NCBI GenBank assembly: GCA_000437895.1 | Contig: FR902155.1 | Location: 9,495 to 73,494 of the forward strand | DNA: 64,000 nt | Direction of reading: 5' to 3' | Source: Clostridium sp. CAG:914 | GTDB taxonomy: Bacteria > Bacillota_I > Bacilli_A > RF39 > UBA660 | Shown here: in pieces, positions 27,938 to 38,617 of the stretch | Layout: each line of letters opens with the position of its first letter | How positions within the stretch are numbered: the stretch's first letter is position 1 | The notes under the pieces: generated by a model | The model's input: only the letters and a program-made list of their open reading frames with translations | Database searches by the model: none | What the model was told of the DNA's origin: nothing | Made by a program: the position numbers and the translations under genes

Positions 27938-28636
27938 CAATATAATTACAACAATACCCACTATTATAGCTAATATAGCAATAGCATAATAAGAAACAAA
28001 TCCACCACTATAAGCAGGTTTAGTTTTCTTAATTGTTTTAATTTCTGGTTCAATATCTTTAGGAGGAGCATCTACCTCCGTAGCATAACTTCCTACAACA
28101 AAATTCATAAGAGGAGTCTCAACTTTTTTATAACTCGTAGCTTCTACATTAAAAATATGAATAACTTCCAACATATTTTTAACTTCTACCCTACCATTAT
28201 ATTTAGAAGAAAACCACATTATAAATGTTTTATATCTATCATTATTAATCATAATAACATTATTATCTACCTTTATATTATGTTGCGTAAGTAAATTAAA
28301 TGAACTATTAATAATATAAGCAAGAACTTGGTCAACTAAAACAAATTTTTTTTCATCCATTTTTTCCAAAATACTTTGCATACTTTCATTCATAATAGGT
28401 AGTACTAATGTGATATTATAGTCATCAACATAATTATAAGTATTCTTTACATTTTCTAAAACCCAAGTTTCATCATTTTCATCCATATTATAATTACCCA
28501 TTTTTGTTTTTATTTCAATTGAAATATTTGTTTTTTGATAACTATTTTCAGGTATACATATATAATAATTAATAACTTCTGTCCTAACTAGATAAACTGA
28601 ATGTTTCTGTAATTTAAAAAGTTCTGTAACTTGCAT
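27929..28636 (-). CDS. Hypothetical C-terminally membrane-anchored protein
   Basis: Soluble domain of about 200 aa followed by a single C-terminal TM (YAIAILAIIVGIVVIILAF). The second ATG (MQVTELF) has a GGAGGA RBS. Confidence 0.45.
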   Translation of the reverse strand: MQVTELFKLQKHSVYLVRTEVINYYICIPENSYQKTNISIEIKTKMGNYNMDENDETWVLENVKNTYNYVDDYNITLVLPIMNESMQSILEKMDEKKFVLVDQVLAYIINSSFNLLTQHNIKVDNNVIMINNDRYKTFIMWFSSKYNGRVEVKNMLEVIHIFNVEATSYKKVETPLMNFVVGSYATEVDAPPKDIEPEIKTIKKTKPAYSGGFVSYYAIAILAIIVGIVVIILAF

Positions 28637-28651
28637 AAAATCCTCCATGTC

Positions 28652-28975
28652 TTATTTTTCTTCTTTTATAGCATCAAGACCATTTTTTAATAATTCGTCA
28701 ATAGTAACTTTATTATTCTGCAAAGCTTCAGTAATAAGCATTTTATTTCCATTTTCAAATTTTACATATATAGATTTACTCTTAACACATGGAAAATAAT
28801 ATACATAATTGTCATCTTCATAAAATTTTTCTTTTACACTTTGACAAGAATAAGTAGCATCTATAATTTGTAAACTATTTTTCTTATTTTGTAAGTTTTC
28901 TTTTCTTATTAATATTATTAATCCACAAATAAAAATTAATACTCCAAGAATAATGATAATATATTTCTTCTTCAT
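28652..28975 (-). CDS. Hypothetical small N-terminally anchored protein
   Basis: MKKKYIIIILGVLIFICGLIILI, then a domain of about 85 aa. AGGAGAGAG RBS. Confidence 0.45.
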   Translation of the reverse strand: MKKKYIIIILGVLIFICGLIILIRKENLQNKKNSLQIIDATYSCQSVKEKFYEDDNYVYYFPCVKSKSIYVKFENGNKMLITEALQNNKVTIDELLKNGLDAIKEEK

Positions 28976-29041
28976 ATACTCTCTCCTATAATAAAAGTAT
29001 AGCATAAAACATCTAAAAAAAAAAGAGTAAAATTTATATTT

Positions 29042-30049
29042 TTACTCACTTATATAATTATACCCAGATGCTCTTATCAATCTATTAAAAATAGCTAATC
29101 CCAAACCTTCTTGTTTTACACTTTCTATAATTATTAAATTAGCATTATATTTATCAACTTTTCTCAATAATGTAAATATATTATGAGATATTTCTTCATA
29201 AGTATTTCCATAGTTTAAGAATTTAAAGCAAGGAACATCTTTCAACTTTTCTGATCCTATAATAATAGTTCTATCAATAACATTTTTCCTTACCAAATCA
29301 ACAATATTTTCCTCAGAGTAAAGAAGTAACACCTTAGTCTTCGGAGCATAGTGCCTATATTTCATACCAGGACTTTCTACCTTCCCTTTAACCACTCCAA
29401 AAACACCACTAGATATTTTAACGTCCCCTATCACTTCTCTAATATCTTCTTCACATATAAAACCAGGTCTTAATATTACCGGTACACCATCAACTACTTT
29501 TACTACTGTAGATTCAAGCCCAATCAAAGAATTATCTCCATCAATTATATAGGAGACTGATTCACTAAATTCATCTTTTATATCATCTATATTAGTCCCA
29601 CTTGGTCTCCCAGAAACATTAGCACTAGGAGCCGCAATAGGTTGATCTAGTTTTTCTAATATAGTATGTATAATCTTATTTGAAGGAATTCTAATACCTA
29701 CCGTATCTAAATTACAACTTACAACATCAGGAATATTTTCTTTCTTTTTAAGTATTAAAGTAAATGGTCCAGGCATAAAAGCATCTATTAATTTTTGTTC
29801 AACATCATTACTAATAATTGCATATTTAGAAATATCTTCCATATTTGCCAAATGTACTATTAACGGATTATCCATTGCTCTTTTTTTTGCAATAAATATT
29901 TTTTTAACTGCCTCCTCATCAGTAGCAATAGCCCCTATTCCATATACTGTCTCCGTAGGAAAAATAACCAAATTACCACAAGATAAAGATTTACACACTT
30001 CATCTAATTCATTCTTATCAATAACATTTTTCCAATTAACAACTTTCAT
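29042..30049 (-). CDS. tsaC: L-threonylcarbamoyladenylate synthase (Sua5/YwlC type, TsaC + Sua5 C-terminal domain)
   Basis: YrdC-domain motifs (VIFPTETVYGIGA, KKRAMDNPLIVHLA, GPFTLIL) plus a Sua5 C-terminal domain. Start taken at MKVVNWKN (30049). Confidence 0.85.
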   Translation of the reverse strand: MKVVNWKNVIDKNELDEVCKSLSCGNLVIFPTETVYGIGAIATDEEAVKKIFIAKKRAMDNPLIVHLANMEDISKYAIISNDVEQKLIDAFMPGPFTLILKKKENIPDVVSCNLDTVGIRIPSNKIIHTILEKLDQPIAAPSANVSGRPSGTNIDDIKDEFSESVSYIIDGDNSLIGLESTVVKVVDGVPVILRPGFICEEDIREVIGDVKISSGVFGVVKGKVESPGMKYRHYAPKTKVLLLYSEENIVDLVRKNVIDRTIIIGSEKLKDVPCFKFLNYGNTYEEISHNIFTLLRKVDKYNANLIIIESVKQEGLGLAIFNRLIRASGYNYISE

Positions 30050-30863
30050 TTCTATCACCCAAAAAACTACAATGACGACATAATTCCTCACACTTTTTAT
30101 TATTTCTAAAATTATTTATCATATCATTAACCCTTTTACTATTATAAATATCATCAATATTATCTTTATATATATTACCCAAATTAATTACCCCCCTACT
30201 ATCAAGACAACAAGGAATAATAGTACCATCAGATAAAATACCAATATGATCCCTTAATCCTAGACACTTTCCAAATTCATTATAATAATTATTATCTAAA
30301 TCAGGCCATATAAATTCATGAAATGTATCTATAAATATATTATTACAAACATTAATCTTAGAATTATCTTTAATATTTTCAATACATACATTATATCTTT
30401 TATTAATAAATTCAATAATATCCTTAGTATTATCATCTTTTAACCAAAATCTTAAATTTATATAAGTATTATCTGAAATACTATCTATATAATCAAAAAT
30501 ATTAATTAAATAATCATTAAGACTTATTTTATACTTAGTATTATAACTATGTAAAGAAATATTAAGTCTTTTAATTCTAATATCTTTATTAAGTCTATTT
30601 ATTAAATACCCATTAGTAGTTAACATAACATTAAACCCTTTTTCATTAGCTATTCTTATAAATTCAATAATATCCGAATGCATTAAAGGTTCACCCAAAA
30701 CATGTAAATATATATTATTACAAATAGGTTTAATCTTATCTAATATAAAAATAAATTCATTAACTGTCATATATTTAATAGTTCTCTTATTTTTAATACA
30801 AAAACTACAATTTAAATTACAAGCATTAGTTATTTCTATATATATTTTATTTAATTTTTTCAT
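30036..30863 (-). CDS. Radical SAM protein with Cys-rich C-terminal (SPASM/twitch-like) region
   Basis: CxxxCxxC motif in ITNACNLNCSFCIKN, GEPL motif, and C-terminal cysteines (PCCLD...KKCEELCRHCSF...ESC). 275 aa. Confidence 0.6.
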   Translation of the reverse strand: MKKLNKIYIEITNACNLNCSFCIKNKRTIKYMTVNEFIFILDKIKPICNNIYLHVLGEPLMHSDIIEFIRIANEKGFNVMLTTNGYLINRLNKDIRIKRLNISLHSYNTKYKISLNDYLINIFDYIDSISDNTYINLRFWLKDDNTKDIIEFINKRYNVCIENIKDNSKINVCNNIFIDTFHEFIWPDLDNNYYNEFGKCLGLRDHIGILSDGTIIPCCLDSRGVINLGNIYKDNIDDIYNSKRVNDMINNFRNNKKCEELCRHCSFLGDRNESC

Positions 30864-30928
30864 AATATCACAAAAAATATATTAACATATTTTAAAAGAA
30901 AAAGAAATGTTTTATTACATTTCCAATT

Positions 30929-31696
30929 TTACTTTTGAATCAATATCTCTTCATTCTTTGAATTAATTCCATATAAATTCATATTATAATAACTATATTC
31001 ATCTGTAGGTACTAATTTAAAAGATACAATATCTGAGACATCTAATTTTTTAAAAGGAAAATCAAAACTAAAAGAATAATTACAATCTTTTTCAGATATA
31101 TATACATTACCATCATCAGTTAAAATAAGTAAATTACCATCTCCAGCACAACATATAGGCATAATAGCTATATTCTTAACATTTTCCTTATCAAATATTA
31201 CTCTCTTTTCATTATTATCTTCATTTACAGCATAAAGAACATTCTCATCTATAAAAACATGGTAAGTAATAAAATCTTCTTCATTTAAAATAGTTTTCCC
31301 TTCATCTGTCTTAAATGTAGCCTCTTCAAGTAAAGTCAATACCTTTTCTTCTACTTTCTCTTCTTCATAAATAGTAAAATCTTTCTTATATAACATATCT
31401 CCCTTTTTATATATATCTTTTTCTAATTTATAATAAGTATGCTCTACATCACTAATTAGTTCACTTTTATTAATAACTACACCTTGAGGTAATTCCTTTC
31501 TAGTAGTACAAATATCCAAATATGATTCAAAAACAACCTCATCTTTTTGCATATCTCTATTAAAACAAACATACTCATATTTTAAATTAAATCTCATAAT
31601 AACAAAAGCTATAACCATAACAATAAAAACAATTATCATAACTACTTTAGTTAATATATTCATTTTCTTCTCTTCTTTCTTATTTATAAGTTTCAT
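30929..31696 (-). CDS. Hypothetical N-terminally anchored membrane protein
   Basis: AGGAGGT RBS. TM helix VVMIIVFIVMVIAFVIM followed by a soluble domain of about 215 aa. A probable promoter (TTGAAC ... 17 nt ... TATATT) lies on the minus strand at 31714-31742. Confidence 0.45.
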   Translation of the reverse strand: MKLINKKEEKKMNILTKVVMIIVFIVMVIAFVIMRFNLKYEYVCFNRDMQKDEVVFESYLDICTTRKELPQGVVINKSELISDVEHTYYKLEKDIYKKGDMLYKKDFTIYEEEKVEEKVLTLLEEATFKTDEGKTILNEEDFITYHVFIDENVLYAVNEDNNEKRVIFDKENVKNIAIMPICCAGDGNLLILTDDGNVYISEKDCNYSFSFDFPFKKLDVSDIVSFKLVPTDEYSYYNMNLYGINSKNEEILIQK

Positions 31697-32471
31697 AACT
31701 ACCTCCTAGAATAAATATAACATAACTAAGTATTTAGTTCAACTATTTTCAAAATATATCTTTCATTATTTGTATAAGATATATCAAAAACATAAGTGCT
31801 AGTTCTGTTAATATATTCATGCTTTATAGATTTTTTATTAAAATTATTTGAGCCATTTAAACATTTATATTCTAAATATGAAAATATATTATCATTATAT
31901 ATATATCATTATTTAGTAATAATATTAATTTTTTTTATCTGAATAATAATATCAAATCCATTTTTGATACATTTTTGTCTAGTACAAAAAGTTTGAATAT
32001 TAATAATCAATTAATAAAGAATCAAAATGCACTTTTAAATCAATATAACCATTATGTTTGACACAACAATCAAAATACTACAGTTAATTATTAATAAGTT
32101 TGTTTTATTAATAGGATTATTATATTCATTTCAAATATAAGTTTCTTTTTATAGATACATTCATCACTATATTTAATATACAATTGTTTGCTTATGTTAA
32201 AGTATTTATTTTTAGTAATAGTCTAGATGCATCACTAGTCATTTTTGATATGTCATACAGATCACATCAAAAATAGCAGTATTAAGATTTATATTTATAC
32301 TACTATCTACTATTTTTATTTAATTAATATATAATTAATTATTTCTTTCAACATAAAATACCTGTTCAGATAAATATAGTTTATACAAAAATGTCAATTT
32401 ATCAATAGTAATAGATATTCTATAATATTCATTAACCGCCAATTTCTTCCATTATTCACTATAATAAATAA

Positions 32472-32505
32472 AAGAGTAGTGTAAAATTATATACTACTCT
32501 TTTTT
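32472..32505. terminator. Hairpin terminator within ORF-free tract (possible end of a short transcript or of the 32666-33067 gene)
   Basis: Stem AGAGTAGT / ACTACTCT with a 12-nt loop, followed by T6 on the + strand. The minus-strand reading is followed by TTTTATTTATT. Confidence 0.45.
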
Positions 32506-32665
32506 AAAAATATAACGTAAAATATAGTTGAAATAAAAAATTTCAATGTTATTAATACTTAAATAATTAAATATTACACGGCAATAATATTTAACAAATA
32601 ATTGATTACTATAAAATTACTATAAATAATATTTCAATAGATAAATATCATTTATATTGCATATT

Positions 32666-33067
32666 TTAATATAAATCAAAATACGCAGATATTGATGTTC
32701 CAGAAGTTATATTTGTCCAAGTTGCTCTAGTATTATAAGTTCCATTTGCATCCCAAGAAGTAACATTAGCTTGACCAGCAGCAGTAAATCTTATATTTGC
32801 TTTACCAGAATCATACCAAATTAAATTAAACATTTGTCTTCCAGCTTGTGTTTCTACAGTAGGCGTTCCGGAAACACTAGTTGATGAAATAGATGTATAG
32901 AATTTAGTGCCTAATGAACTTTTTGTTATTCTATGGCTTGAATTATAACTTAATACAGAATACTCACTTGCGCTAACCAAGACAATAAAAGTAAAACAAG
33001 CACATAAAATTATGCCAAAAGATGCAATGTTTTTAATTGTTTTCTTCACTACAAATCCTCCTTTCAT
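32666..33067 (-). CDS. Small secreted protein (signal peptide + ~100-aa Ser/Thr/Asn/Trp-rich domain), unknown function
   Basis: Signal peptide IASFGIILCACFTFIVLVSASEY. Mature part rich in S/T/N/G with several Trp (FNLIWYDSGKANIRFTAAGQANVTSWDANGTYNTRATW). Confidence 0.5.
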   Translation of the reverse strand: MKGGFVVKKTIKNIASFGIILCACFTFIVLVSASEYSVLSYNSSHRITKSSLGTKFYTSISSTSVSGTPTVETQAGRQMFNLIWYDSGKANIRFTAAGQANVTSWDANGTYNTRATWTNITSGTSISAYFDLY

Positions 33068-33295
33068 AATTACCGAATTATTCCATCAATACTGCAATAG
33101 ATAATTCTACATTTATCATACTATTTTTTTAAGAAAAAATCAAGAAAGTATATAATTATTAATAAATTTATTTATATAATTATTATTGTAATAAATTTTA
33201 TATTTCTAATTATAATCATTTGTGCAAAAAGTAAGAACACTAAAAAAGTTATTCTCTAAAAGAGATAACTATAATAATTGATTAATATATAAATA

Positions 33296-34444
33296 TTATT
33301 TACATATTATTTTTTTCGTTGTAATTCCACATATAAAATTAATGAAAATACCAATTATAAATAATAATATTAATTTCATTACATCTAATGAATTTATTTT
33401 AAATGAAAAAAAGTATTTAACAAAAATATTAAAGAAAATATTTATTAGAACAGACAATAAAAAGGTTACAAAAAACAATAATATTAATAATATAATGACA
33501 CGTTTCCTAATTTGAATCATATTATACCCAACTAATCTTGATATTTTTACATTTCTTTTCAAGTCAGAAATTGTATTCTTAATAATAATTATATATATTA
33601 TCAAAAATATTAATGATACAAGGCAAATAGCCATTTTTAACACACTTAATATATCACTTATATTTGATAATTTCATTCCTTCTCCATGATGATAAAAAGT
33701 ATCAATAATAAATTTAGAATTGGAATTATTGTCTATATTTGAAAGTTTATTTTTAATAGAAACAGCTTCATCATATGAATCGAAATTAATTGAATACGTA
33801 TATAATTTACTTTTTTGATACAACTGTTCAAATTTATCATTAGATATTACTAATTCAGGCCACTCAGTCCACTTTGAAGGATAAAAATCCGATATAGAAA
33901 ATTCTATTGTTTCATCTAAAAATTTAAATCCAATCTTTTGATTTCTATACTGTTGAAAATTATAAGATTCTTTACCATCTTCATAAAAAGGAACTCTTAA
34001 AACAATAGAAATTTCATCACTTTTCAAATTCATATTTCTTTGTTCCTGATTTCTAACTAATATATAGTCATCAAAATCACTAGTAAGTAATTCATTCCAT
34101 GTTATTTTATACTCACCATCATACTTTGATATATATGAATTAATTATATTACCATTTGAATCTTGAATAGTGTAACTACCATCAACAATAATATCATATG
34201 ACTTGTCAGGAGTAAAAATAATTGCTTTTTCAATTTTTGTAACGTTTTTTATTTTCTGAAGATAATCATAATAATCATTATTACTAGACACTATTAATAT
34301 GGAATGTTCAGCAATAATGTTTTCCTCAACTTCTCGAAAATAGTTAACAAAATTATATAAAATAAATATTGATGATAATAATATAGAAAGAATAATAATA
34401 TAAATTTTTGTTGTTTTTTTTCTAAAAAAACTTCTTATTAACAT
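33296..34444 (-). CDS. ABC transporter permease, FtsX/MacB-type (second permease)
   Basis: N-terminal TM, a large extracytoplasmic domain of about 220 aa, then three C-terminal TM helices. Confidence 0.6.
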   Translation of the reverse strand: MLIRSFFRKKTTKIYIIILSILLSSIFILYNFVNYFREVEENIIAEHSILIVSSNNDYYDYLQKIKNVTKIEKAIIFTPDKSYDIIVDGSYTIQDSNGNIINSYISKYDGEYKITWNELLTSDFDDYILVRNQEQRNMNLKSDEISIVLRVPFYEDGKESYNFQQYRNQKIGFKFLDETIEFSISDFYPSKWTEWPELVISNDKFEQLYQKSKLYTYSINFDSYDEAVSIKNKLSNIDNNSNSKFIIDTFYHHGEGMKLSNISDILSVLKMAICLVSLIFLIIYIIIIKNTISDLKRNVKISRLVGYNMIQIRKRVIILLILLFFVTFLLSVLINIFFNIFVKYFFSFKINSLDVMKLILLFIIGIFINFICGITTKKIICK

Positions 34445-35670
34445 TAATCATCACCTTCTATCATTAAATTTATATTTTTTCTTTTGTTTTTTAAAAAATA
34501 CAATAATGCAACTATTATACTAGTAAAAATAACAACAAACACAGATATCAAAAATGTATTTAAGTGTAATAATATTTCAAATCCAGAATAAATTAAACCC
34601 TTTAAAAAATAAAATTTAATTAAATTATAAATTATTAAAAATAAAAACAACCCAATTAGATATGAAAATATACTGGAATAAACAATTTCTAATAAATATA
34701 TAAAAACAATTATATTGTTCGAATATCCCATTGTCATTAACAAGCCGATGCTTTTTATATCATTAAAATACTTCTTTTTAGTATAATTAATAATTATAAT
34801 AACAATTGAAGCCATTATAACAGAAACCACAATATTGCAAGCAAATAATATTTTATTGATAATATCATAATCAATTTGACTACGAATATTAACTCTTGAA
34901 AATCCTTTTTTCTCAAGATCATTTAAAACCAACTCAACATTTTTTATATTATCAACTACTACCATAAATCCATAAATCGTATTTTCGTTATTAACTGTAG
35001 TAATACTTTTTATTTCTTCCATATCCTTTTTAGAAATATAGCATGTATTACTTGGATTCATAACTTTCTTTGCATCATATATGCCAACTATTTTAAATTC
35101 TTTTATATATTTATCATTCTCAATCAGTCTCTTTCCATCGAAAAGATAAGAATAATAGTTTATTTGAAAAGAAGTATTTAATAGTTCATATCCAGATAAA
35201 AATTTTTTTTCATCTACCAATAAATTAAATGCTTCACTTGATGGTAAAAAATCTATTGGGCAAATTGCAAAACCAGTATCATCAGCGTCAAATTTTTCAC
35301 CTACGACATTAGTTGGTAAAATACTATAATTAGCATAAACTAAATCAATATAACCATCTAATTCATCAGATTTAAATGTGCTCTCAACAGAAGCCGTATC
35401 ATAATTTGCACTATGAACATCCTGGACATGATTAATACTGATTAAATCACTATAGCCAAAATCTTCAACATCATCTCTTGGAGAAACACTTATTGTTCTA
35501 AAACCAATATTTTTAATGATAAAATTGTCTATATAATTAATTAAAGAGTTTTTAAATGTTAATAAGGATAACAAAACAACAGTAAATAGCGATAAAACAA
35601 TTACATAAAAAGCATTTTTTTTATTTCGAAAAAGTCTAATAAAAGACAGTTTTAAAAAATCAATTATCAT
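34444..35670 (-). CDS. ABC transporter permease, FtsX/MacB-type
   Basis: Same FtsX topology (TM1, large loop, TM2-4). Start and stop overlap the neighbouring genes. Confidence 0.65.
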   Translation of the reverse strand: MIIDFLKLSFIRLFRNKKNAFYVIVLSLFTVVLLSLLTFKNSLINYIDNFIIKNIGFRTISVSPRDDVEDFGYSDLISINHVQDVHSANYDTASVESTFKSDELDGYIDLVYANYSILPTNVVGEKFDADDTGFAICPIDFLPSSEAFNLLVDEKKFLSGYELLNTSFQINYYSYLFDGKRLIENDKYIKEFKIVGIYDAKKVMNPSNTCYISKKDMEEIKSITTVNNENTIYGFMVVVDNIKNVELVLNDLEKKGFSRVNIRSQIDYDIINKILFACNIVVSVIMASIVIIIINYTKKKYFNDIKSIGLLMTMGYSNNIIVFIYLLEIVYSSIFSYLIGLFLFLIIYNLIKFYFLKGLIYSGFEILLHLNTFLISVFVVIFTSIIVALLYFLKNKRKNINLMIEGDD

Positions 35671-36371
35671 TTTTTTGCATCGTCTCCTATCAATTTTCCA
35701 TCTTCTAACGTATATATTTTACCAGCATATTTTTTCACATCGTCACTATGACTAACAACAATTACACACTTTCCATTATTTGCCATTTCCTTCAGATATA
35801 AAAATATTTCATTTTCTTTTGATTTATCCAAATTGCCTGTTGGTTCATCAGCTAAAATTATTGCTGGATTATTTGCTAAAGCTCTAGCCAATGCCACACG
35901 TTGTTGCTCACCACCAGATAATTCATTTGGATAATGATTTATCCTATTTTCTAGTCCCATTTTTTTTAGTAAAGATACAGAAATATCATATCTATCACTT
36001 TTAGCAATATCTTTATTAATAAGCATTGGAAGCATAACATTTTCATACGCTTTCAAATAAGGATCTAATTGAAAATTTTGAAAAACAAAACCTATATTTT
36101 TCATTCTTAAATGTGATAATTCGTTATCATTTAAATTTTTGACACTCTTATCATATAATTTATAATTTCCTTTATCAAAAGAATCAATTAATCCTAATAT
36201 ATTAATCAGTGTTGTTTTACCACTACCACTATGACCCATTATTGCATAAAAAACACCAGATTCAAATTTAACACTTAAATTTGATAATATTTTTATTTGC
36301 TCACCTTTTTTTTGATAATTCTTACAAATATCTTCTAAAACTATAAGAACTTTTTTTTCTTTTTTTGACAT
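35667..36371 (-). CDS. ABC transporter ATP-binding protein (MacB/LolD-like)
   Basis: Walker [10 protein letters not shown], signature [14 protein letters not shown], Walker [12 protein letters not shown]. 234 aa. Confidence 0.9.
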   Translation of the reverse strand: MSKKEKKVLIVLEDICKNYQKKGEQIKILSNLSVKFESGVFYAIMGHSGSGKTTLINILGLIDSFDKGNYKLYDKSVKNLNDNELSHLRMKNIGFVFQNFQLDPYLKAYENVMLPMLINKDIAKSDRYDISVSLLKKMGLENRINHYPNELSGGEQQRVALARALANNPAIILADEPTGNLDKSKENEIFLYLKEMANNGKCVIVVSHSDDVKKYAGKIYTLEDGKLIGDDAKK

Positions 36372-36437
36372 TAATGAACCTCTTTCTAAATAACAAATAT
36401 AATTAAATAAATTTCAGATAATCAATTATATATAACT

Positions 36438-36475
36438 ATTATATCAAAAAAAATATAAAAAATCATTAAATTCTC
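36438..36475 (-). promoter_or_regulatory. Candidate extended -10 promoter for the MacB-type ABC operon
   Basis: Minus strand: TTTTTTTTGATATAATAG, with the TGnTATAAT at + 36440-36448. The -35 region is AT-rich and non-consensus. Confidence 0.3.
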
Positions 36476-36842
36476 AACTATATAATTTTTAAATTTGATA
36501 ATTGTTACTGGATCTAAATCATTAATTAATTCTTTTTATTTATAATTAAAAAATTATTTATAATAAATTTAGTAGCAATAATATTACAAGCTCGTTTAAA
36601 TAATTAATTATTTGAAATTCCTATATTTTTAGTACTATAAAATATTCATCATCAAAACTCATAAATCATCAACTTTCTAAAGGACTAATTCTTTTCACAA
36701 AAGCAATTATCATTATAAATAACCACTTTACTTGTATCTTAAGTAAAGTTAGATATTATTATTATTTCTATTTTTTGTAAATCCTTCTAAATCAAAGCAG
36801 TTTTTTAAATAATATTAAACGTTATCAATATTTTTAAATTTA

Positions 36843-36873
36843 TATAAAAAAGCACTTGATTAAACAAGTACTT
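36843..36873 (-). terminator. Intrinsic terminator after fused ABC exporter gene
   Basis: Minus strand: AAGTACTTG-TTTAAT-CAAGTGCTT hairpin (one mismatch) followed by TTTTTTATAT. Confidence 0.5.
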
Positions 36874-36874
36874 A

Positions 36875-38605
36875 TTATGAATTTAAAGATTCTGTCTCAT
36901 ATAATTCTCTATATATATTAGAACTATTTAATAATTCATTATGTCTACCAGACGCTACTATTTTACCATTAGATACAACATGAATAATATCAGCATCCAT
37001 AATCGTAGATAGTCTATGAGCCACAATGACAACAGTATGATTCTTAACCAAATTATCAATAGTTTTCTTTATATACTCTTGAGAAGTATTATCCAAAGCC
37101 GAAGTAGCTTCATCAAACAATATTATTTCACTTCCTTTTGATAAAGTTCTAGCAATCGATAGTCTTTGTTTTTGACCACCAGATAGATTAACACCACCTT
37201 CACCCAAAACAGTATCATACTTCTTAGGTAAAGACATTATATAATCATCTAAATAAGCCATCTTAGTATATTTTCTAATTTCAGAAATAGTAATTTTATT
37301 ATTTATTATTTTAAAATTATCTTTAATACTTCTATTAAAAACAAATGGTTCTTGTCTAATAATTGATATATGCTTTCTAAGGCTCTCCTCTGTTAAATCA
37401 TGAATATTTACTCCATCTATAGTTATTTCTCCTTCTAATGGATCAAATATCCTAGTAAGTAAATTAAATAAAGTTGACTTACCACTACCAGAAGAACCTA
37501 CAATAGCAACCTTCTTATTTGGAAAAATAGATAGATTAAAATTATCTAATAATTTTTCTTCATCAGGATAAGCAAAAGTAACATCCTTAAATTGTATTAT
37601 ACCATTAACTTTATTTAATTCCTTAATACCAAACTTTTCATCATCATAAATTCTATTCTCTAATATATCATTAACTCTAGATATAGAAACAATAACTTTT
37701 TGATAAGTTTGTGTCAAATCATTAATATTTTCTATAAGCCAAGTATAACGATATACATAATAAGTCATAGCCACAAAAAATGTTAATGAAATATTTTTAT
37801 AATATAATAATATAACACAAGTAGCAAATACCCCTACTTCTAATGTTGATTTAAGAAATCTAGTTTTAATATTAAAACTTTTTTGTATATCAATTTCTTC
37901 TTTAGATTTATTAAATATATCTTTAATAATATCTATAATATCATTAATTAAATTATTTTTAATTCCCAATGTTTTAATTTCTCTTACACCCCTAATTGAT
38001 TCTGTAGCTAAAGAAGTAAACTTATCTTGCTCTTTTTTTCTCTCTTTATGAATTTTTCTAAGTAAAGGATTATATTTTTTAAGTATCAAAAATAATATTG
38101 ATACAAAAAACAATATTTCTAACCCTACTATCCATGAATTAATAAAAACATATACTATAACTATTAATGAAGCAACCAAAGAGGATATAACATTAAGAAT
38201 TCTACCAAAAGCAAAGCTTAATGTATCAGCATCATTAGTTATTCTATTAATTATCTCTCCAGATGAAGTTTTTTCATAGGCAACAGCAGGTAAATTAAGT
38301 GTTTTCTTATAAGTATAAAAACCTAATTTTCTAGTTAAAGCACTTTCTATAGTATATAACATAGAATTTGCCTTATGTAATAACACACCATCCATAGTTA
38401 CTTCAAGTATAAAATATATACCCAAATAAACCAAAGAACTAATTACATTAAGATTTGTAATTTCTTCAACTGCTCTACCATTTAAATATCCTGTAAAAAT
38501 TTCACAAATTCCAGAAGCAAATATTATTATACTTGCAATAATAAGTTTTTTCTTATCTTCTTTAATTAATTTAATTATAGGTCTAAATTCTTTCAAACTT
38601 TTCAT
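36875..38605 (-). CDS. ABC transporter, fused permease/ATP-binding (type I exporter, MsbA/LmrA-like)
   Basis: A six-TM domain, then Walker A GSSGSGKSTLFNLL, signature LSGGQKQRLSIARTL and Walker B ILFDEATSALD. AGGAGG RBS 6 nt upstream of the ATG. Confidence 0.9.
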   Translation of the reverse strand: MKSLKEFRPIIKLIKEDKKKLIIASIIIFASGICEIFTGYLNGRAVEEITNLNVISSLVYLGIYFILEVTMDGVLLHKANSMLYTIESALTRKLGFYTYKKTLNLPAVAYEKTSSGEIINRITNDADTLSFAFGRILNVISSLVASLIVIVYVFINSWIVGLEILFFVSILFLILKKYNPLLRKIHKERKKEQDKFTSLATESIRGVREIKTLGIKNNLINDIIDIIKDIFNKSKEEIDIQKSFNIKTRFLKSTLEVGVFATCVILLYYKNISLTFFVAMTYYVYRYTWLIENINDLTQTYQKVIVSISRVNDILENRIYDDEKFGIKELNKVNGIIQFKDVTFAYPDEEKLLDNFNLSIFPNKKVAIVGSSGSGKSTLFNLLTRIFDPLEGEITIDGVNIHDLTEESLRKHISIIRQEPFVFNRSIKDNFKIINNKITISEIRKYTKMAYLDDYIMSLPKKYDTVLGEGGVNLSGGQKQRLSIARTLSKGSEIILFDEATSALDNTSQEYIKKTIDNLVKNHTVVIVAHRLSTIMDADIIHVVSNGKIVASGRHNELLNSSNIYRELYETESLNS

Positions 38606-38617
38606 ATCTAACCTCCT

